Shown: positions 59,084 through 64,000 of the stretch, in pieces
Layout of the letters: each line of letters opens with the position of its first letter
Position numbering within the stretch: position 1 is the stretch's first letter
Source of the DNA: an uncultured Pseudomonadales bacterium
Lineage (GTDB): Bacteria > Patescibacteriota > Microgenomatia > UBA1400 > MFAQ01
Direction of reading: 5' to 3'
DNA length: 64,000 nt
Assembly (NCBI GenBank): GCA_964487665.1
Contig: CAZARR010000002.1
Coordinates: 8,597 to 72,596 of the forward strand
Position numbers and translations under genes: made by a program
The notes under the pieces: model-generated
Database searches by the model: none
Told to the model about the DNA's origin: nothing
The model's input: only the letters and a program-made list of their open reading frames with translations

Positions 59084-59220
59084 ATATTTCTTATCCAACA
59101 GATTTGATAAGAACAAAAAACCTCGGAATTCGATCGGAAAAATTAAAATTTACTCAAGCGACCCGTAATTCTTGTCTAGTCAGCTGAACCTATCAACTGA
59201 TGGATACCCGCATTATAGCA
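59084..59220 (-). promoter_or_regulatory. promoter and structured 5' leader of the helicase gene
   Basis: TGcTATAAT at 59212-20; hairpins TCAGTTGA-TAGGT-TCAGCTGA (59180-200) and CTTATC..GATAAG (59090-111). Confidence 0.5.
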
Positions 59221-59253
59221 CACCCCACCCAGCACCGTCCAGTTATAGGCTAT

Positions 59254-59877
59254 TTAAGCGAACTTAGTCATTCCCAGGTTAGCCACAAAAGTTGACCCCG
59301 GTTTAACCACCACAAACATTGAGTGGTAATCGTCTACTTGCTTTTTTCTGCCACTCTTAGGGTTAATCACGGTGTTGATATCCCACCACCGCCTTTCAAA
59401 CTCCAAAACACTGAATCGCCTGTCCTTTCCGGCAAAAGTCTTATATGGATCAGCAATTCTTATCAAGTTACCTCGCACGTCAACCGCCGTCACAATGCTG
59501 TAATGCCCATCATCGTCATCACCACCCACCTCATCACTGTCGGGGTATTCAAACAAACCTTGCCACTCTACCCCAACTGGGCACTTGAATTCGTTAATTA
59601 ACAACGATAAATCCATAATTGACGAATTGTGTTTGTACCAAAACTCTAGCTCCGGCGCCAATACATTTGCTGCCTTACCTAATCCACCAACGGTCATTCC
59701 TAGCTTTTTGATTGTTTTAACCACTCTGGCAGCTCTGACCACGCTATCCTGCTCCACTTTCACCGACCAAAAGCCCAGTAACATCTGCAAAACGGCCGGC
59801 CCGCAATAGACATTAGTTTTCTGCTCGAGGCGGGGCAACTCGGGAAAGTCAGTTTTTTGGAGCCAATTCAAGAGCAT
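59254..59877 (-). CDS. stand-alone C39-like cysteine peptidase
   Basis: QKTNVYCGPA, GHYSIV, IADP; no signal peptide or TM. Confidence 0.8.
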   Translation of the reverse strand: MLLNWLQKTDFPELPRLEQKTNVYCGPAVLQMLLGFWSVKVEQDSVVRAARVVKTIKKLGMTVGGLGKAANVLAPELEFWYKHNSSIMDLSLLINEFKCPVGVEWQGLFEYPDSDEVGGDDDDGHYSIVTAVDVRGNLIRIADPYKTFAGKDRRFSVLEFERRWWDINTVINPKSGRKKQVDDYHSMFVVVKPGSTFVANLGMTKFA

Positions 59878-60919
59878 ATTTTGTTAGCATGCTAGCAACA
59901 ATTGTCTCGAATTTTACACCATACATCAATGCCACCTCGGTAAAAGGTAGTCCCAAATCCGGCCCAAAAGCAGTGTTTGGGTTCGCATCTGTAAAATATG
60001 GAGTGTTTGTGCGTTGATCGTAACGGATATCAAACTTGGCATAGTCTTTGTAGTACAGACCCTGAAACGCTCTGACCGCCAACCTGGCTACCTTTGTCCG
60101 CAGAGGTTCCTCAACTGGCTTATATTTATAAGCATTGAGGTGGTCATACGACTCAATACTAGTGAAATAATGCTTACCATCAGGCATAATTCCGAACTCC
60201 TTCTCACCCATAAATACATGCTTTTTGTTTCCGTCATCAAACACGCATACCGTCAACTCAGGACCGTCAACAAACTGCTCGACAATTACGGGTTGTTTGT
60301 AATCCGCAATCATTTTGTCAACCTTCTTTTGTGCCTCCTTAACCTTCTCCTTTACCGCCTTGTTATCTATCCCCACACTGCCACCGCTACTGTTCAATTT
60401 CACAATCAGGGGGAGCCCCAAATCTTCTTGAACCTTGGTCCCTACTCTGCGAATAAATTGAAAAGCAGGTGTGGGAATGTCATAACCCATGAGTAACCTC
60501 TTGGTCAGGTTTCTGTCGTTTCCTATCACCATCCCGGCCATCCCCGCCCCAGTGTAAGGGATGTTAGACAGCTCCAGCGCGGCTGGTACCGATGTTTGCA
60601 GGTTATCTTTACCCTTCAGGGTATCCACCAAGTTCAAAACCAAGGCCGGCTTGTCTACCAACAGATTCGTCAAAAAATATTGATTTCCTGGCAGAGTTTT
60701 TACCTCAACGCCTAAACCCTTTATCACCTCTGCCACCTGAGTGGAACGCTCTTCCACCTCCACTTCGGCCCGATAGGCATCTTCAGTCGGGAACCACTCC
60801 CTTTCCACATGTGAATACGCTACCACCACCAAACCCAATCCCTTCAACGCATCTTTATCAACCCGTAAATCCGATTGAAGCGATACCGAACCTTCATCCG
60901 AAACATTATTTCTTAGCAT
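59849..60919 (-). CDS. D-Ala-D-Ala-ligase-like ATP-grasp enzyme (atypical)
   Basis: LELSNIPYTG, LIVK...GGSVGI, VEQFVDGPE, KFDIR, DANPN; lacks the Ddl GGxSxE N-terminal motif. Confidence 0.8.
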   Translation of the reverse strand: MLRNNVSDEGSVSLQSDLRVDKDALKGLGLVVVAYSHVEREWFPTEDAYRAEVEVEERSTQVAEVIKGLGVEVKTLPGNQYFLTNLLVDKPALVLNLVDTLKGKDNLQTSVPAALELSNIPYTGAGMAGMVIGNDRNLTKRLLMGYDIPTPAFQFIRRVGTKVQEDLGLPLIVKLNSSGGSVGIDNKAVKEKVKEAQKKVDKMIADYKQPVIVEQFVDGPELTVCVFDDGNKKHVFMGEKEFGIMPDGKHYFTSIESYDHLNAYKYKPVEEPLRTKVARLAVRAFQGLYYKDYAKFDIRYDQRTNTPYFTDANPNTAFGPDLGLPFTEVALMYGVKFETIVASMLTKYALELAPKN

Positions 60920-60972
60920 ACAAACATGTTACTACGAAAAAAATCCCATAATCAACATGCTAATATGAATTT

Positions 60973-61200
60973 GTGTCCTCTTGCGAATACTGTTCAGCCC
61001 CAGATAACTATTGCCAAATATCAACAAGAGTATTTTACGAGAATTTCTTTGACCACAATAACGACAAGAAACCTCTCCCCACCGGCGCGGCCGTGGCCTT
61101 TACTGAAGATGATCGCTGGTATTATTGTTGTCAACGACCAGAGACTTGCGACCATTTCCTAGTAAGATCAGCGACAAACAATCCAGAGCCAGTCCTGTAA
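60973..61200 (+). CDS. small Cys-rich hypothetical protein (75 aa)
   Basis: CEYC-x6-C...CC-x5-CDH; fills the gap before the SET gene; GTG start. Confidence 0.45.
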   Translation: MSSCEYCSAPDNYCQISTRVFYENFFDHNNDKKPLPTGAAVAFTEDDRWYYCCQRPETCDHFLVRSATNNPEPVL

Positions 61201-61210
61201 AATTTACACC

Positions 61211-61591
61211 ATGACACACACTGTTCACGTCAAAAAAATCCGCAGCAAGGGTCGGGGCGTATTCGCCCTTCAGAATTTTAACGTTGGTGATATCGTCGAG
61301 CGATGTCATGTGATCGTCCTCACCCCAACCGAACGTAAACATTGTGAAAAGACTGTTCTCAACCATTACCTTTATCCTTGGCGAAGCACCAGAAGCGCCG
61401 CCATCGTCCTCGGCCACGGTTTTATCTACAATCACTCGTACTCCCCAAATGCCGACTGGAAACAAGACTTTCGCTCAAAGATGATGGTTTATAGAGCCAT
61501 TAAACCTATAAAAAAAGGTGAAGAAATCACTGTTAACTACAATGGCGAACCGGACGACACCACCCCCATCGACTGGTTCGATGTGGTCTAA
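61211..61591 (+). CDS. SET domain protein-lysine methyltransferase
   Basis: KGRGVFA, YNHSYSPNA, IKKGEEITVNY. Confidence 0.93.
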   Translation: MTHTVHVKKIRSKGRGVFALQNFNVGDIVERCHVIVLTPTERKHCEKTVLNHYLYPWRSTRSAAIVLGHGFIYNHSYSPNADWKQDFRSKMMVYRAIKPIKKGEEITVNYNGEPDDTTPIDWFDVV

Positions 61592-61610
61592 AATATACGC
61601 CATTAACAAA

Positions 61611-62528
61611 ATGGCAAACAAGAAGATACCACCACCGACTAGCCCGACACCGTCAACCAATCCCATTCTATCTACCAAAACTTTCCTCAGAAATCTTCTT
61701 TCGATTTTCTTTCAACTGCCCCCACGATTACAGAAAAAACGAACAGCCATTTTTCACGCCTATCTTTATCTCTGTTTTCAAAGAATCGTTTTGGAAATTA
61801 TTTTCCGACAAAAAGTCCGACAAACTTCAATCTTTGGCCTCCATATTAATTTCGCTACTCTCTCCCAATATATTCATCAATTCGAGGCCAATTTCATTCA
61901 AAACGACTACTATTTCGAAACACATTCGCGAACACCTTTGATTATCGATTGCGGCGCCAATACAGGCGACACCACCAGCTACTTTCGTTTCCTGTATCCC
62001 CAATCCCGAATTATTTGTTTCGAGCCAGAGCCCCTTGCTTTTTCACTATTATCTCAGTTAGTATCCAACAACAAACTTACCAATGTCACCCTCCATCAAC
62101 TGGCTCTATCTGATCGTAGAGGGTCGAAAGTCATCTACGCTAACCCCAACCAGCCCGCGTCTGATATTACCAGTTTTTATCGCAGTCCCGATCCCGGAAG
62201 AACCCAAATCCGTCTGGCCGCCACCACTAAAGCTGTCCAATTGTCGCGTTACATCTCCACCCCCGTCGACCTTCTTAAGCTTGATATCGAGGGTGCCGAG
62301 CGAGAGGTTATTCCCCAACTAGCAAAAGCCAACAAACTAAAACTTTTTCGCCATATCATCATTGAATATCACCACCACTTGACCCCTGGTGATGACCAAT
62401 TTTCTCAGATACTTAAAATCCTCGAAGATAATCATTTTACTTATCAGATCTCAACTCCACTCAAATTTACCTATCAAATAAATAAATTTCAGGATATTCA
62501 CATTCATTGTTTCCAAAAACCAATTTAG
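61611..62528 (+). CDS. FkbM family methyltransferase
   Basis: IIDCGANTG, FEP, LLKLDIEGAE, IIEYH; ATG 61611 preferred. Confidence 0.9.
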   Translation: MANKKIPPPTSPTPSTNPILSTKTFLRNLLSIFFQLPPRLQKKRTAIFHAYLYLCFQRIVLEIIFRQKVRQTSIFGLHINFATLSQYIHQFEANFIQNDYYFETHSRTPLIIDCGANTGDTTSYFRFLYPQSRIICFEPEPLAFSLLSQLVSNNKLTNVTLHQLALSDRRGSKVIYANPNQPASDITSFYRSPDPGRTQIRLAATTKAVQLSRYISTPVDLLKLDIEGAEREVIPQLAKANKLKLFRHIIIEYHHHLTPGDDQFSQILKILEDNHFTYQISTPLKFTYQINKFQDIHIHCFQKPI

Positions 62529-62556
62529 GCGTTGTATAGGCAGCCTAGCCACGAAC

Positions 62557-63876
62557 CTATTTTGGCACTATCGTCATCGTTTCCGTCTCACGCGAATATT
62601 GATAACGAAACTGGTACTTCCTGGGGCTAACCAAGAAATAGGGAATAACCTGATAATCAATCGCCGATTGTAAATTTGGTGTCACCTCCCAATTACTCAA
62701 AACTACTTTAGTTTCCCCCCTTGCAAGTGCTCCGTCAGTCTTTTCTACAATCAACTGCATTGCTCCTTTTTCAAAGTTTACCGCCCTATGATGCAAACGA
62801 AAGACAACTTTTTCCAACCCGCTCCACGGAGCAAACATAGCCAAAAACAACACCCAACCAAGCACCCAAAATCGTGTTTTTGCCACTTGCCCAAAAAAGA
62901 TCAACAGAAACACCACCGGGAAATATAAATAATAAAACATCGTATGAATCACAAAAAAACTATTCGCCCCAAGAGCGACAAAAAAGGCGGCCAACCAAAA
63001 CAAATTCTTTGGTTTGGTCACCAGGGCCATTGATCCCAACAATCCCCACAATCCAATAGTAAGCGGAATCGACTGGGGCAATAGTCGGCCACTCAACTCC
63101 CTAATGAATATCGCCTGACTAGTCAAAAAAGAAAACAGACTAAAGTCACTTTTATACGGGTTTGTATCACTAGCAAACCGATTCAGGCTGTCGGGTGTCA
63201 ACACGAAAACGGGTAAATACAACACTGCCAGTAACAAGAAGGGGAATAGTGCTCGAAATTTTACCGACCCAATTTTCTCCCCAAGTGCCCAACTGGTGGG
63301 TATCAACGCTAATGGTACCAAAACACTCGGCCCATAAGAAAAAACCATCATCGGCCAAAGAATCCACAACCAAAGTAATAATTTTTGATTATATTTTTCT
63401 AGATAACTTAACCAACAATTCACAAACAACAACCCGAACAAACCAGCCAATAGAGTATGAATATTCGAAAACCACCACAAATAAAAACGGTACGCAAATA
63501 TCATCGCCAACACAGAACTGATCAATGTTTTTTTCGTTACCCTCACCAACACTCGATAAACTAAAAAACTATTTAGTGTGTGAACCACAAACAATACCAA
63601 AAAATAAAATTCAACCTTTAGACCGATGGTATCGTACAAAGCTTTGTGGACCAAATAGCCGATAAATTTGTGCCGGTCAACATTTCGAGATATCAAGCTA
63701 TCAACTACCACCTGCCAATAGTTACGCTCAGCCACAAACTTAAGAGCGGTAAAATCGTCGTAAAAAAAATACCGGCTATCAAACAGAATATATTCAAAAT
63801 AACCGACCGTTACAGTCAAAATTAACAAATACGCTAAATTCTTCTCTTTACTTTCTGTCAACCACTTGGACCACAT
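62557..63876 (-). CDS. polytopic membrane protein (GT-C-like)
   Basis: FFYDDF after TM1, about 11 TM segments. Confidence 0.6.
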   Translation of the reverse strand: MWSKWLTESKEKNLAYLLILTVTVGYFEYILFDSRYFFYDDFTALKFVAERNYWQVVVDSLISRNVDRHKFIGYLVHKALYDTIGLKVEFYFLVLFVVHTLNSFLVYRVLVRVTKKTLISSVLAMIFAYRFYLWWFSNIHTLLAGLFGLLFVNCWLSYLEKYNQKLLLWLWILWPMMVFSYGPSVLVPLALIPTSWALGEKIGSVKFRALFPFLLLAVLYLPVFVLTPDSLNRFASDTNPYKSDFSLFSFLTSQAIFIRELSGRLLPQSIPLTIGLWGLLGSMALVTKPKNLFWLAAFFVALGANSFFVIHTMFYYLYFPVVFLLIFFGQVAKTRFWVLGWVLFLAMFAPWSGLEKVVFRLHHRAVNFEKGAMQLIVEKTDGALARGETKVVLSNWEVTPNLQSAIDYQVIPYFLVSPRKYQFRYQYSRETETMTIVPK

Positions 63877-64000
63877 TTAGATCCTGATTATACGTAAATT
63901 GATACCTGTCTGTAATTATTCTTGACAAAAACAGGTCAGTGACACCAGAACCCAACATCAGTCGTGCATCTCGCTCCAAACTTATTCCCGAAAGTGAAAT

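Noticed and set aside
63939-64000. Possible plus-strand gene start (VTPEPNISRASRSKLIPESE)
   Set aside because: Only about 20 codons visible at the window edge.
1-64000. CRISPR array, rRNA, IS elements, recoded UGA
   Set aside because: No spaced repeats, rRNA or transposase motifs seen; conserved genes end cleanly at TGA.

Overview
A 64 kb, very densely packed chromosomal segment (standard genetic code, many ATGA/GTGA stop-start overlaps, most genes on the G-rich minus strand). The gene set suggests a Patescibacteria (CPR) bacterium, probably Microgenomates-like; this is inference from a stand-alone PolA 5'-3' nuclease, an ATP-dependent DNA ligase, class II RNR, split transketolase, short SufD and a VirB4/TraG-like ATPase. 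Contents: queuosine genes (tgt, queA); a long trpS-ftsH-repair-ion-transport run; three tRNAs for AUN codons around a tyrosine recombinase; nrdR-nrdJ; a PBP-GH18-PBP wall cluster; non-oxidative pentose phosphate genes; a suf operon with dsbA/ccdA; RNA-metabolism genes; and an ATP-grasp/C39-peptidase/SET/FkbM cluster. No CRISPR, rRNA, IS or prophage was seen. Most notable: (1) a strongly non-canonical initiator-type tRNA(CAU) at 21657-21732, partly antisense to a CDS; (2) a tRNA-Ile with a UAU anticodon; (3) an apparently circularly permuted DsbA; (4) a candidate peptide ligase/peptidase/methyltransferase cassette; (5) a structured leader on the DEAD-box helicase in a largely leaderless-looking genome; (6) a Trm13/Trm44-like methyltransferase coupled to queA beside a Tgt with an altered pocket. 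All calls come from reading motifs by eye; no database search was run.
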